The notes: generated from the letters alone by a model not told the origin. Positions 29,028 through 40,322 are shown, counted from the stretch's first letter. The stretch: 64,000 nt of DNA from an uncultured Actinomycetota bacterium (GCA_963718235.1 CAVQYR010000001.1:1504001-1568000), one strand, 5' to 3'. Translations and numbers: made by a program.

Positions 29028-29033
29028 CCCGCC

Positions 29034-29933
29034 ATGGGGTACACGGTCGGGGTCGACGTCGGGGGCACCAAGGTGGCCGCGGTGCTCGTCGACGCCGCCG
29101 GCGTGGTGGCCGGTCGTACCCGGCGGCCCAGCACGACCGATGACTTCGCCGGGTTCGTCGACGCCATCGCCGGAGCCGTGGAGGACCTCCGGGCGCAGGC
29201 ACCCGTCGACGCCGTGGGTGTGGCCGTCGCCGGGAACGTGTCCGCCGACCGGTCGCGCGTCGTCACCAGCCCGAACCTGCCCCCGCTGAAGGGTCAACCG
29301 CTGCGCGACGAGCTCCAGGTGCGCCTCGGGCTCCCGGTCGTGCTGGACAACGACGCCAACGCGGCGGCCTGGGCGGAGTACCGCTTCGGCCCCTGGTCGC
29401 TGCACCAGGACATCGTCGTCATCACCGTCGGTACCGGGCTGGGCGGCGGGGTCATCCTGGATGGCCAGCTGCGCCGGGGGGCGCACGGGTTCGCCGGCGA
29501 GCCCGGGCACGTGCCGGTGGTCCCCGACGGCCGTCGCTGTCCCTGTGGCGGGCGCGGCTGCTGGGAGCAGTACGCCAGCGGCACCGCGCTGCTGCGCTAC
29601 TTCCGTGACGCCGGTGGGGACCCCCGCCTCGACGGTCCCGCGGTGACCGCCGCAGCGCAGGCGGGCGACCCGCACGCGCTGGCTGCCTTCGACGAGGTCG
29701 GACGCTGGCTGGGCTTCGGCCTTGCGGGGGTCGTCGCTTTGCTGGACCCGGCGTTCCTCGTGCTCGGCGGCGGGGTGGCCGACGCGGGGGAGCTGCTCCT
29801 GGAGCCGACCCGGCTGGGGTTCGCCCGGTCCATGGCCTGGGACACCGACCGGGTGCACCCGGACATCGTGGCTGCGGTCCTGGGCAACGAGGCGGGCGCT
29901 GTGGGTGCCGCTGCCCTGGCCACGTTGCGGTGA
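29034..29933 (+). CDS. glkA: ROK family glucokinase
   Basis: GVDVGGTK, NDANAAAWAE, GTGLGGG, GEPGH, CPCGGRGCWEQYASG. Confidence 0.9.
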   Translation: MGYTVGVDVGGTKVAAVLVDAAGVVAGRTRRPSTTDDFAGFVDAIAGAVEDLRAQAPVDAVGVAVAGNVSADRSRVVTSPNLPPLKGQPLRDELQVRLGLPVVLDNDANAAAWAEYRFGPWSLHQDIVVITVGTGLGGGVILDGQLRRGAHGFAGEPGHVPVVPDGRRCPCGGRGCWEQYASGTALLRYFRDAGGDPRLDGPAVTAAAQAGDPHALAAFDEVGRWLGFGLAGVVALLDPAFLVLGGGVADAGELLLEPTRLGFARSMAWDTDRVHPDIVAAVLGNEAGAVGAAALATLR

Positions 29934-30620
29934 ACGAACCCGGTCGCAGCCGGCTGCGGATCGTGTCGTGGAACGTCCGGTCACTGCGGGACGACCGGGC
30001 AGCCGTGGTGGCCGTGCTGCGCAGCCTCGACCCGGACGTCGTCGCCCTGCAGGAGGCTCCGCGGTTCCTGCGCAGTCGCACGCGGCTGGCCGCGCTGGCC
30101 CGGGAGTCGGGGCTGCTCTACTGCTGCGGCGGTCGGGCCAGTGCGGGGACCGCGCTGCTGACCGCCCTGAGGATCGACGTCGTGCGCTCCTCGGAGGCCC
30201 TGCTGCCGCCCTCCCCGAGGCTGCACCGACGCGGGGTCGCGCTGGCGGAGGTGCGTGCCGGCCGGCGCAGCGTCCGCGTGGGTGGTCACCAGCGTCCACC
30301 TCGGGCTCGACGCCGACGAGCGGGTTCGCCATGCCGAGGTCGTGCGTGAGCTCGTCGCCGCCTACCAGGGCGAGCGCGGCGTCATCGCCGGCGATCTCAA
30401 CGAGCGACCGGGTGGGCGAGCCTGGTCCACGCTGAGCCATGGGTTCGGTGACCCCGGGCGAACCGCCGACGCGCCGACCTACCCCGCCCGGGGTCCGGCG
30501 AGTCGGATCGATGTCGTGTTCGTCCCAGACGGCGTCGACGCAACCAGCCGCGTGGTCACCGGGCCTGCGGTGGTGGCCGCCAGCGACCACTGCCCCGTCG
30601 TGGTCGACGTCGTCGCCTGA
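29930..30620 (+). pseudogene. Endonuclease/exonuclease/phosphatase family protein with an apparent +1 frameshift
   Basis: SWNV, DVVALQEAP in frame 1; SVHLGL, AGDLNE, IDVVF, SDHCPV in frame 2; extra G in GGG at 30280-30282. Confidence 0.8.
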
Positions 30621-30711
30621 TCCGCCGGCGCCGGCCCCTACGGTCGGCGACCGCTTCGCCCGATGAACCGGATGCGTGGTTTGCTACCGGTGGGGACGAG
30701 AGGAGCCGAGG

Positions 30712-32055
30712 ATGGATCTGGCGACCCTCGTTCGCCGGACGCCGCCGCGCCTGCTGCTGCCCCAGACGGCGACCGATGCCTACCCCCCGGACCGCCTGGA
30801 GCTGCTCGCCTCGCTGGCCGTGCCGACCTCGGGTCCGCGGGTCGAGCTGGCCGTGCTCGTCGACCCCGACGAGGGTGTGCACGTGGTGCCGCTCGTGGTC
30901 GAGGGCGAGTGGGTCCGGCCGGCTCGGGCCGGCGACGGTCTGGCGGTGGGCGTCGTCGAGCTGATCGACTCAGGGGCCAGCACCGGCCCCTTCGACATCC
31001 GGCGCCATGACGGGGGCGGCCTCGACCTCGTTGACGCCCGCAGCGAGCAGGTCGTGGCCAGCAGCGACGACACCGAGCGCTGGCTGGTGGCGGACCGGCT
31101 GGTGGTCACCGTGCACCGTCGACCGGCGGTCTACGGCGCCCCGCCGGTCGACCTGGTCGCCCACCTGCTGGCGGCCGGGTTCGGCGGGCTCCGTCGAGAC
31201 CACGGCGACCTGGGGCTGGTGGTCTCCGAGGACCTCCTCGGCGGCCAGGTCGAACTGTCGGCCGGTTGGGTCGGCCCCCTGGCCCACGTGACCGCTGCCG
31301 ACCCTGGCGCGCTGGTGCTGCGCGATGCGTTCACCGCCGCGCTGCTGACCGACATCCGTGGCGGAGGCACGCCGCGTGCAGTGTCCCTCGCGCAGCGCCT
31401 GGGATCCCTCGTGGCTGAGTACCACCTGGCCGGTGCGCGACCCACCCACCATCTGGCCGACCCGGTCACGTCGGCCGACCCGACCGTCGTCGCGTCCTGG
31501 CGCCGCGACACCGCAGACGCCGTCGCCGCCGCGTCGGTCCTGGCCGAGTCCGGCCCGGCGCAGCGGCTGCGTGCCGGGCGCGACCAGGTCCGAGACGCCG
31601 TGCGCTCCTTCGATGAGGCACTGGGCTGCGCCGTGCTTCCCGGTGAGGCACTGCCCGGTCTCGATGCGTTCCTCGCCGACCCCGACGAGACGTTGGTGCT
31701 GCATCCCGACGTGCTCGTCGCGACCCCGCAGGGGCACGCTGCTGCGCAGGACCTGGCCGTCGTCCTTCGGGGGGTCGGACACCTCGCGTGGATGACCCAT
31801 CGGCGGCTGGTGTTCGCCGGCGAGCCGATCCCGGCCGAGCTGATCGCCGACTGGGAGAACGGGGTCCGCGAGACGCTGGTCGACACCTACGTGCGGAACC
31901 TCGAGGATGCTGGTCGCGGCGAGCTGTTCGTGCCGGAGCTGCTGACGGCCTTCGAGGTCCAGGCCGAGTGCCAGGCCGTGGTGCGGGCAGCGCGCACGCT
32001 GTCCACATCGATGGCGGTGTCGGACGCCGCGCTGGCGGCTCTGCTCGCCCCCTGA
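30712..32055 (+). CDS. Glucosamine kinase/maltokinase-like protein lacking catalytic motifs
   Basis: ARAGDG, HLLAAGF, RLGSLVAEYHLA, AAQDLA, LLTAFEVQAEC...AAR resemble actinobacterial GlcN kinase from memory; AGGAG SD. Confidence 0.65.
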   Translation: MDLATLVRRTPPRLLLPQTATDAYPPDRLELLASLAVPTSGPRVELAVLVDPDEGVHVVPLVVEGEWVRPARAGDGLAVGVVELIDSGASTGPFDIRRHDGGGLDLVDARSEQVVASSDDTERWLVADRLVVTVHRRPAVYGAPPVDLVAHLLAAGFGGLRRDHGDLGLVVSEDLLGGQVELSAGWVGPLAHVTAADPGALVLRDAFTAALLTDIRGGGTPRAVSLAQRLGSLVAEYHLAGARPTHHLADPVTSADPTVVASWRRDTADAVAAASVLAESGPAQRLRAGRDQVRDAVRSFDEALGCAVLPGEALPGLDAFLADPDETLVLHPDVLVATPQGHAAAQDLAVVLRGVGHLAWMTHRRLVFAGEPIPAELIADWENGVRETLVDTYVRNLEDAGRGELFVPELLTAFEVQAECQAVVRAARTLSTSMAVSDAALAALLAP

Positions 32056-32071
32056 CGCTTCGCGATCGGTC

Positions 32072-32557
32072 TCAGACCACAGCACCCTGGTCAGGGTCGG
32101 CGTCGTCGGGGGAGTCGTCACGCAACCGGCTGACCAGGACGGCGAACCCGCCGAGGAAGCCACCCAGCAGGATCCCCATCTGCCAGGTCTGCCAGTTCCA
32201 CCCCAGGGCCGAGAGCAGGAAGTAGAGTACCGGCCCGCCGACCGCCCCGACCCACGCGAGCCAGGTGAGCGCGTCGGCGCGAGGCAGCGGTGGAGGAGGC
32301 GGCGGCTGGAACGACTCCTCCGGCTCCGGCTGTGCCTGCGCACCCACTGACCCGCTCACGACGTCGGTCGACGCATCCCCCGAGGGGGTGGCGAGGTCTC
32401 CCCAGCCGCCGGTGTCCTCGCCGGTCTCGGGCGGCTCGGCCTTGTCGTCGGTGGGAGTCGTCGGGGTCGTGGATGAGGTGAATCCGGCGACGATGGCGTC
32501 GAACGCGGCGTCGAGGTCGTCGGGCGGGTCCGACGGAGTGGGCGTCGGGTCAGCCAT
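32072..32557 (-). CDS. Conserved hypothetical membrane protein
   Basis: DLDAAFDAIVAGF, FQPPPPPPLP, two TMs, DPDQGAVV C-terminus. Confidence 0.8.
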   Translation of the reverse strand: MADPTPTPSDPPDDLDAAFDAIVAGFTSSTTPTTPTDDKAEPPETGEDTGGWGDLATPSGDASTDVVSGSVGAQAQPEPEESFQPPPPPPLPRADALTWLAWVGAVGGPVLYFLLSALGWNWQTWQMGILLGGFLGGFAVLVSRLRDDSPDDADPDQGAVV

Positions 32558-33311
32558 CGCCGTCCGCGGGCGTCAGCCGGGCGATGAACCGCAGGCTCTG
32601 CTCGACGATCGTCGGCGCGTCATGGTCGAGCGTGGCCACGTGGAAGCTGTTCGGCAGCTCGATGTCGGTCACGTCGTCAGACCCCAGGTGCGCCAGCACG
32701 TAGGCGGCGTTCGACGGCTCGACGACGTGGTCGACGCTGCTGTGCATGACCAGCACCGGCATGGTGATCGCGCTCAGGTCACGGCGGACGTCGGGCCATG
32801 CCCGGGTCAGTGAGTACAGGGCCTGCAGGGGGAGCCGGTCGTAGCCGACCTCGTCCTGTCCGGGCTTCTTGATGTCGTTGACCACACCGGGCGTCGACCC
32901 GACGACGTGGCGCAGCAGCGGCAGCGCGAGCAGCGCCTTGCTCTCCGAGTGCACGAACGGGTTGACGACGGCGATACCCGTGACCAGGTCGGCGTGCTGC
33001 TCGGCCAGCCGCAGTGTCAACGTGCCGCCCATGGACAGGCCCATGACGAAGACGGTGCTGCACCGTTGGCTCAGCTGGACCAGCGCCCGCTCCAACGTCG
33101 AGTACCAGTCGTCCCACCGGGTGAGGTTGAGCTCCTGCCACGTGGTGCCGTGACCGGGCAGCCGGGGCAGGTCGACGGTGTAGCCGGCCGCGGCCAGCTG
33201 CTCGCCCCACGGACGCATCGACGCCGGTGAGCCGGTGAAGCCATGGCAGAGCAGGACGCCGGTGGGGCCGCCGTCGGCGGACCACGCTTCGGCGGAGGGT
33301 CGGTTCGGCAT
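32550..33311 (-). CDS. Carboxylesterase, alpha/beta hydrolase (YvaK-like)
   Basis: HGFTGSP, LPGHGT, GLSMGG nucleophile, DHVV, SFHVATLD. Confidence 0.92.
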   Translation of the reverse strand: MPNRPSAEAWSADGGPTGVLLCHGFTGSPASMRPWGEQLAAAGYTVDLPRLPGHGTTWQELNLTRWDDWYSTLERALVQLSQRCSTVFVMGLSMGGTLTLRLAEQHADLVTGIAVVNPFVHSESKALLALPLLRHVVGSTPGVVNDIKKPGQDEVGYDRLPLQALYSLTRAWPDVRRDLSAITMPVLVMHSSVDHVVEPSNAAYVLAHLGSDDVTDIELPNSFHVATLDHDAPTIVEQSLRFIARLTPADGDG

Positions 33312-33392
33312 CCACGCATCGTCCCACGGGTCACCCGGGGGCATGATTGCCCGGGTGAGGGACGGACCCTAGGGTTGGGGCCGACGAGAGGA

Positions 33393-34151
33393 ATGGACTT
33401 GCTCTACTGGGTGATGAAGCACGTGCTCCTCGGCCCAGTGCTGCGCCTGCTGTACCGCCCCTGGGTCGAGGGCCTGGAGAACATCCCCGACGAGGGCCCG
33501 GCCATCCTCGCCAGCAACCACCTGTCGTTCTCCGACAGCATCTTCCTGCCGCTGATGGTGCGCCGGAATATCACGTTCCTGGCGAAGTCCGACTACTTCA
33601 CCGGCCGCGACCTCAAGGGCCGGCTCATCTCCTGGTTCTTCTCGGCGGTCGGTCAGGTGCCCGTCGACCGGTCGGGTGGGCGGGCGAGCGAGGCGGCGAT
33701 CAACACCGGGGTGCGGGTGCTGCGCGAGGGCACCCTGCTCGGCATCTACCCGGAGGGGACCCGCTCGCCGGACGGGAAGCTCTACCGCGGTCGAACCGGT
33801 GTCGCGCGGATGGCGCTGGAGGCCGAGGTCGTGGTGATCCCGATCGCCATGATCGACACCGAGAAGATCCAGCCCCCCGGCAAGGTCATCCCGCGGCTGG
33901 GCCGGATCGGCATCCGGGTCGGACGCCCCCTGGACTTCTCCCGCTACGAGGGACTGGAGGACGACCGCTTCGTCCTGCGCTCGATCACCGACGAGATCAT
34001 GTACGAGCTGATGGAGCTGGCCGACCAGGAGTACGTCGACATGTACGCCACGCGGGCCAAGGAGCTCGCGGCCGCACCGCCGCCGCAGGACGAGCCACCG
34101 GGTGGTGAGCCGGCCGACCCGGGTCAGCAGCCGGCCTCAGCGGCGGCCTGA
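33393..34151 (+). CDS. plsC: 1-acyl-sn-glycerol-3-phosphate acyltransferase
   Basis: NHLSFSD, FLAKSDYF, YPEGTRS. Confidence 0.9.
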   Translation: MDLLYWVMKHVLLGPVLRLLYRPWVEGLENIPDEGPAILASNHLSFSDSIFLPLMVRRNITFLAKSDYFTGRDLKGRLISWFFSAVGQVPVDRSGGRASEAAINTGVRVLREGTLLGIYPEGTRSPDGKLYRGRTGVARMALEAEVVVIPIAMIDTEKIQPPGKVIPRLGRIGIRVGRPLDFSRYEGLEDDRFVLRSITDEIMYELMELADQEYVDMYATRAKELAAAPPPQDEPPGGEPADPGQQPASAAA

Positions 34152-34161
34152 ACCGGTCCGG

Positions 34162-35637
34162 TCAGTCGGCTGCCCAGCCCTTGGTTCGCTCGACGGCGTC
34201 GCGCCACCGTCCGTGGGCCCGGTCGTCTCGTCGGCCGGGCGCGAACTCCCGGTCGAGGGACCACGTGCTGGCCAGCTCGTCGGTCGATCCCCACACTCCG
34301 GTGCCCAGCCCGGCGAGGAACGCGGCGCCGAGGCCGGTGGTCTCCACGATCCGGGGTCGCCGAACCGGGACGCCGAGCTGGTCGGCCTGCAGCTGGCACA
34401 GCAGGTCGTTGGCCGAGGCCCCGCCGTCGACGGCGAGGGTGCTCAGCGCGACGCCCGCCTCGGCGGCCATGAGCTCGACGACGTCGCGCACCTCGAAGGT
34501 GATCGCCTCCAAGGTGGCCCGGGCCAGGTGGGCGGCAGTGGTGCCCCGGGTGATGCCGATGATCATCCCCCGGGCCAAGGGGTCCCAGTCCGGCGCGCCG
34601 AGCCCGGTCAGAGCGGGGACGAACACGAGACCGGCGGAGTCGTCGACGCTGCGCGCGAGGGCTTCGGACTGGGCGGCGTCGTCGATGATGCCCAGACCGT
34701 CCCGCAGCCACTGGATCGCGGCCCCGGTCACGAAGATGGCTCCCTCGATCGCGTACGTGAGGCTGCCGTCGGGTGCACCCCAGGCGACCGTGCTGAGCAG
34801 TCCGGCGTGGGAGGAGGCCGGGGCGCTCCCCGTGTTGGTGAGGACGAACGAGCCGGTGCCGTAGGTGCACTTGCTCTGCCCGGGTGAGAACGCCGTCTGC
34901 CCGAACAGGGCGGCCTGCTGGTCACCGGCGATGCCGGCGACCGGGATCTCGAGGCCGAGGAACGCCGCCGGGTCGGTTCGCCCGATGACGCCGTAGGACG
35001 CGACCACCTCGGGCAGTGCCGTCAAGGGAACGTCGAACAGGTCGCACAGCTCTGGCGACCAGGCGCCCAGGTGGATGTCGTACAGCAGCGTGCGCGACGC
35101 GTTCGACGGGTCGGTGACATGGTGCAGCCCCCGGGTCATCCGCGCGACGAGGTAGGAGTCGACGGTGCCCACGGCCACCCGCCCCGCCTGGACACCGGAC
35201 CAGGTGCGGGGGTCGTGGTGTGCCACCCACTGCAGCTTGGTGGCGGAGAAGTACGGGTCGAGGCGCAGTCCGGTGCGGGCCCGTACCCATTCCTCGTGAC
35301 CGTCCTGACGGAGCTGCTCGCAGGCTGCCGCGGTCCTGCGGTCTTGCCACACGATCGCTCGCCGGGGGCTGCCCAGGGTCTCTTTGTCCCAGAAGACGAC
35401 TGTCTCCCGCTGGTTGGTGATGCCGACCGCCGTGACCGCCTCGTCGGTCGCAGCCCGGGCGGCCCGGGCCGAGTCGATCGTGGCCTGCCAGATGTCGTTG
35501 GGGTCGTGCTCGACCCATCCGTCGGCGGGGAAGTGCTGGGGGAACTCCCGGGACGCGCGTGCGGCCACGACACCGTCGGGGGTCACGATGCTCGCGGTGA
35601 CGCTGGTCGTCCCGGCATCGATGGAGAGCACACCCAT
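34162..35637 (-). CDS. glpK: Glycerol kinase
   Basis: DAGTTS, GWVEHDP, ITNQRET, WQDRRT, YFSATK, GDQQAALFGQ, KCTYGTG. Confidence 0.95.
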   Translation of the reverse strand: MGVLSIDAGTTSVTASIVTPDGVVAARASREFPQHFPADGWVEHDPNDIWQATIDSARAARAATDEAVTAVGITNQRETVVFWDKETLGSPRRAIVWQDRRTAAACEQLRQDGHEEWVRARTGLRLDPYFSATKLQWVAHHDPRTWSGVQAGRVAVGTVDSYLVARMTRGLHHVTDPSNASRTLLYDIHLGAWSPELCDLFDVPLTALPEVVASYGVIGRTDPAAFLGLEIPVAGIAGDQQAALFGQTAFSPGQSKCTYGTGSFVLTNTGSAPASSHAGLLSTVAWGAPDGSLTYAIEGAIFVTGAAIQWLRDGLGIIDDAAQSEALARSVDDSAGLVFVPALTGLGAPDWDPLARGMIIGITRGTTAAHLARATLEAITFEVRDVVELMAAEAGVALSTLAVDGGASANDLLCQLQADQLGVPVRRPRIVETTGLGAAFLAGLGTGVWGSTDELASTWSLDREFAPGRRDDRAHGRWRDAVERTKGWAAD

Positions 35638-35795
35638 GCCCGGAGGTTACTGGTCGACGGCACGGTGAACGCTCGGAGTGCCGGGTGTCCTGCGCCCGGT
35701 GGGCGCGACACACTGGTGGCAGCCCCGCCGAGTCGGCTGACCCAGCCGACTCAGCAGGGCACGGATCCTGGCGAGCGGCGGACCGAGGAGTTTCG

Positions 35796-36821
35796 ATGCG
35801 GGTAGGAATGTTGACCGGTGGGGGCGACGCCCCCGGACTGAACGCGGTGATCCGGGCGGCGGTGCGCAAGGGGGTTGCGGAGTTCGGCATGGAGTTCGTC
35901 GGCTTCCGCGACGGCTGGAAGGGGCCGCTCGAGGGTGTCACCTGCACCCTCGACGTGGCGACCACACGCGGCATCCTTCCTCGGGGCGGCACGATCCTCG
36001 GCTCGTCACGGACGAACCCGTTGAAGATCGACGGTGGCGTGGACCGGATCCGGCAGAACCTGCTCGACCTCGGCGTCGACGCGGTGATCGCCATCGGCGG
36101 CGAGGACACCTTGGGTGTCGCGGCCGCGCTGCACGAGCGTGGCGTCGCCGTCGTCGGCGTACCGAAGACGATCGACAACGACCTCGGGGCCACCGACTAC
36201 ACGTTCGGGTTCGACACCGCCGTCCAGATCGCGACCGACGCGATCGACCGGCTGCACACCACCGCCGAGTCGCACCACCGGGTCCTGGTGCTCGAGGTGA
36301 TGGGGCGGCACGCCGGGTGGATCGCGCTGCACTCCGGGATGGCCGGCGGCGCCAACATCATCTTGATCCCCGAGGTGCCCTTCGACCTCGAGCAGGTCAG
36401 CGGCTGGATCCGTTCGCGCACCCAGCGCGGGTACGCGCCGATCGTCGTGGTGGCCGAGGGTGCCCTGCCCACGGGCGGCGACCTGGTCACCAGCGACTCG
36501 CGCACCGACTCGTTCGGGCACGTGCGACTGTCGGGCATCGGCGAGTGGCTGGCCCGCGAGATCGAGGAGCGCACCGGGTTCGAAGCGCGTACGACGGTGC
36601 TGGGCTACGTCCAGCGCGGCGGGACGCCGACCGCGCGTGACCGGGTGCTGGCCACCCGGTTCGGGACCAGGGCGGTGCAAGCCGTTGCCGCGGGTGAGCT
36701 CGGCATGATGGTCGCGCTGCACGGCACCGACCTGGACATGGTGCCGATCCGCGACGCGGTGGCCACGCTCAAGACGGTTCCGCCGGAGCTGTACGCCGAG
36801 GCGGCCACCTTCTTCGGCTGA
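35796..36821 (+). CDS. pfkA: 6-phosphofructokinase
   Basis: TGGGDAPGLN, GGTILGSSR, GGEDT, PKTIDND, MGRHAG, QRGG. Confidence 0.96.
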   Translation: MRVGMLTGGGDAPGLNAVIRAAVRKGVAEFGMEFVGFRDGWKGPLEGVTCTLDVATTRGILPRGGTILGSSRTNPLKIDGGVDRIRQNLLDLGVDAVIAIGGEDTLGVAAALHERGVAVVGVPKTIDNDLGATDYTFGFDTAVQIATDAIDRLHTTAESHHRVLVLEVMGRHAGWIALHSGMAGGANIILIPEVPFDLEQVSGWIRSRTQRGYAPIVVVAEGALPTGGDLVTSDSRTDSFGHVRLSGIGEWLAREIEERTGFEARTTVLGYVQRGGTPTARDRVLATRFGTRAVQAVAAGELGMMVALHGTDLDMVPIRDAVATLKTVPPELYAEAATFFG

Positions 36822-36864
36822 GCCCACGCAGGTCCGTCGAGGCGAGCCTGACTACCCTCGTGCC

Positions 36865-38200
<1,336 letters not shown>

Positions 38201-38217
38201 CCTCGGGGACACGACCA

Positions 38218-38290
38218 GGTTTGCTGGCGCCGAGGTGGGTTTGCCGGCGGTAGGCGGCCAGCAAACCCGGCCGACGATCAGGTTTGCTGA
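38218..38290. repeat. Cluster of four GGTTTGCYG motifs (three direct, one inverted), hairpin-forming
   Basis: Copies at 38218, 38238, 38281 and inverted at 38258-38267. Confidence 0.6.
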
Positions 38291-38364
38291 TCATCGGCTC
38301 ACCAGGGGTGGCTCGGGGTGCCTGGTCCGATTTCCGCTAGGCGGCGGTGCACATCCGGTGTTGG

Positions 38365-39813
38365 ATGAGTTCTGTGCCAGACGACGCGACCACCTTGTAC
38401 CGCGCGGTGAGCGGGCGCGACCCGCGGTTCGACGGGCGGTTCGTGTTCGCCGTGACGAGCACCGGCATCTACTGCCGCCCGTCGTGCCCGGCGCGTACCC
38501 CTCGCCCGGAGAACGTGCGGTTCTACCCCGTTCCGGCGGCGGCGGTGGCCGCTGGCTTTCGGGCCTGTCGTCGCTGCCGTCCCGACGCGGTACCCGGCAG
38601 CCGCGAGTGGGACCACCGAGGTGACCTCGCCGCCCGCGCGCTGAGGCTCGTCGCCGACGGGGCAGTCGATGACGAGGGCGTGGCTGGCCTGGCCCGCCGG
38701 CTCGCGGTGAGCGAGCGGCACCTGCACCGCACCCTCGTGGCCGAGCTCGGCGTCGGGCCGCTGGCCCTGGCGCGCACTCGTCGCGCGCAGACCGCCCGGC
38801 TGCTGCTGGAGCAGACCGACCTGTCGGTCACCGACGTGGCCTTCGCGGCCGGCTTCGCCAGCATCCGCCAGTTCAACGACGTGATGCGCCAGGAGTTCGG
38901 CGAGCCACCAAGTGCCCTACGGCGACGCGGTGCGCTCGCCGACCGCCCGGCCGAGGCCGGTCCGCTGGTCCTGCGGCTCGCCACCCGTCAACCGTGGGAC
39001 GCGGACGCGACGATGCGGTTCCTCGCCGCGCGTGCGATCCCGGGCGTGGAGGAGGTCGACGACGGTGCGTACCGCCGGACCCTGCGCACCGCCGAAGGGG
39101 TCGGCCGGGTCGAGGCCAGGGCCGACTCCGGTCGACTGGCCGTGCGGCTGCTGCTGCCCTCGCTCCCCGCGGTTCGCCCGGCCGTGGCCGCGCTGCGCCG
39201 GCTGTTCGACCTGGACGCCGACCCGCTGGCGGTCGACGAGGCGCTCGGTGCCGACCCGGTGCTGGCCCCCCTGGTCCAGGCCCGCCCCGGGCTGCGCGTG
39301 CCGGGCACCGTCGACGGGTTCGAGCTGGCGGTGCGGGCCGTGGTCGGGCAGCAGGTCTCGGTGGCCGGGGCGCGGACCCTGCTGGGGCGGGTCGTCGCCC
39401 GGTGCGCAGGCGGCGAGGCCGGCGAGGCAGCGGCGCTCGAAGGGCCGAGCCACGCGTTCCCCAGCCCCGCGGTCGTCGCCGCCGCCGACCTGTCCGGGCT
39501 CGGGCTGACCGGCCGCCGGGTCGACACCCTGCGCCGGTTGGCCGAGTGCGTTGCCGACGGGGGGCTCTCACTGGCCCCGGGCGCCGACCTCGCCCAGGCG
39601 CGGGATCGCCTGCTCGCCCTGCCGGGCATCGGTCCGTGGACCGCCGACTACGTCGCCATGCGCGCCCTGGCCGACCCCGACGCGTTCCCGGCCGACGACC
39701 TGGTGCTGCGCCGGGTCGTCACCGAGCTGCGCGCGGACCCCGACCGCTGGCGCCCGTGGCGCGCCTATGCCGCCGTCCACCTGTGGAACCGCCCGACCAA
39801 GGAGCAACCATGA
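38365..39813 (+). CDS. alkA: Ada-AlkA fusion: methylphosphotriester sensor/AraC regulator plus 3-methyladenine glycosylase
   Basis: STGIYCRPSC, FRACRRC, AraC HTH, GQQVS, LPGIGPWTADY, WRPWRAYA. Confidence 0.94.
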   Translation: MSSVPDDATTLYRAVSGRDPRFDGRFVFAVTSTGIYCRPSCPARTPRPENVRFYPVPAAAVAAGFRACRRCRPDAVPGSREWDHRGDLAARALRLVADGAVDDEGVAGLARRLAVSERHLHRTLVAELGVGPLALARTRRAQTARLLLEQTDLSVTDVAFAAGFASIRQFNDVMRQEFGEPPSALRRRGALADRPAEAGPLVLRLATRQPWDADATMRFLAARAIPGVEEVDDGAYRRTLRTAEGVGRVEARADSGRLAVRLLLPSLPAVRPAVAALRRLFDLDADPLAVDEALGADPVLAPLVQARPGLRVPGTVDGFELAVRAVVGQQVSVAGARTLLGRVVARCAGGEAGEAAALEGPSHAFPSPAVVAAADLSGLGLTGRRVDTLRRLAECVADGGLSLAPGADLAQARDRLLALPGIGPWTADYVAMRALADPDAFPADDLVLRRVVTELRADPDRWRPWRAYAAVHLWNRPTKEQP

Positions 39814-40322
39814 GTCTCTCCGTCACCACCTTCAGCACCCCTGTGGCGCCGTGGACGGTCGTCGTCGACGAGCAGGGGGTCGTGGTCGCCTCGGGTTTCT
39901 CCGACGAGCAGGACACGGTCTCCCGCCTCACCGAGACGCAGCGCTCGGGCCTGCGTCGGGTCGACGACGTCGGCGGGGTGTCACAGGCGGTCCACGCCTA
40001 CCTGGCCGGTGACGTCGACGCGCTGGACGTCGTCCGGGTCGCCCAGCCCGGCGGCCCGTTCCAGCAGCAGGTGTGGGCGGTGATGCGCGAGATCCCCGCG
40101 GGACAGACGTGGAGCTACGCCGACCTGGCGACCAAGGCCGGTCGGCCGTCGGCCACGCGGGCCGCAGGGACGGCCTGTGCGCGCAACCTCGTCGCACCGT
40201 TCGTGCCCTGCCACCGGGTCGTGCGCAGTGACGGCACCCTCGGTGGCTACTACTACGGGCTGCCGGTCAAGGAGTGGTTGCTGGCCCACGAACGCCAAGC
40301 GCGAGCCTCCTCAACCGCCTGA
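39810..40322 (+). CDS. ogt: Methylated-DNA--protein-cysteine methyltransferase
   Basis: FQQQVW, RAAGTAC, PCHRV active site; ATGA overlap with alkA. Confidence 0.93.
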   Translation: MSLSVTTFSTPVAPWTVVVDEQGVVVASGFSDEQDTVSRLTETQRSGLRRVDDVGGVSQAVHAYLAGDVDALDVVRVAQPGGPFQQQVWAVMREIPAGQTWSYADLATKAGRPSATRAAGTACARNLVAPFVPCHRVVRSDGTLGGYYYGLPVKEWLLAHERQARASSTA

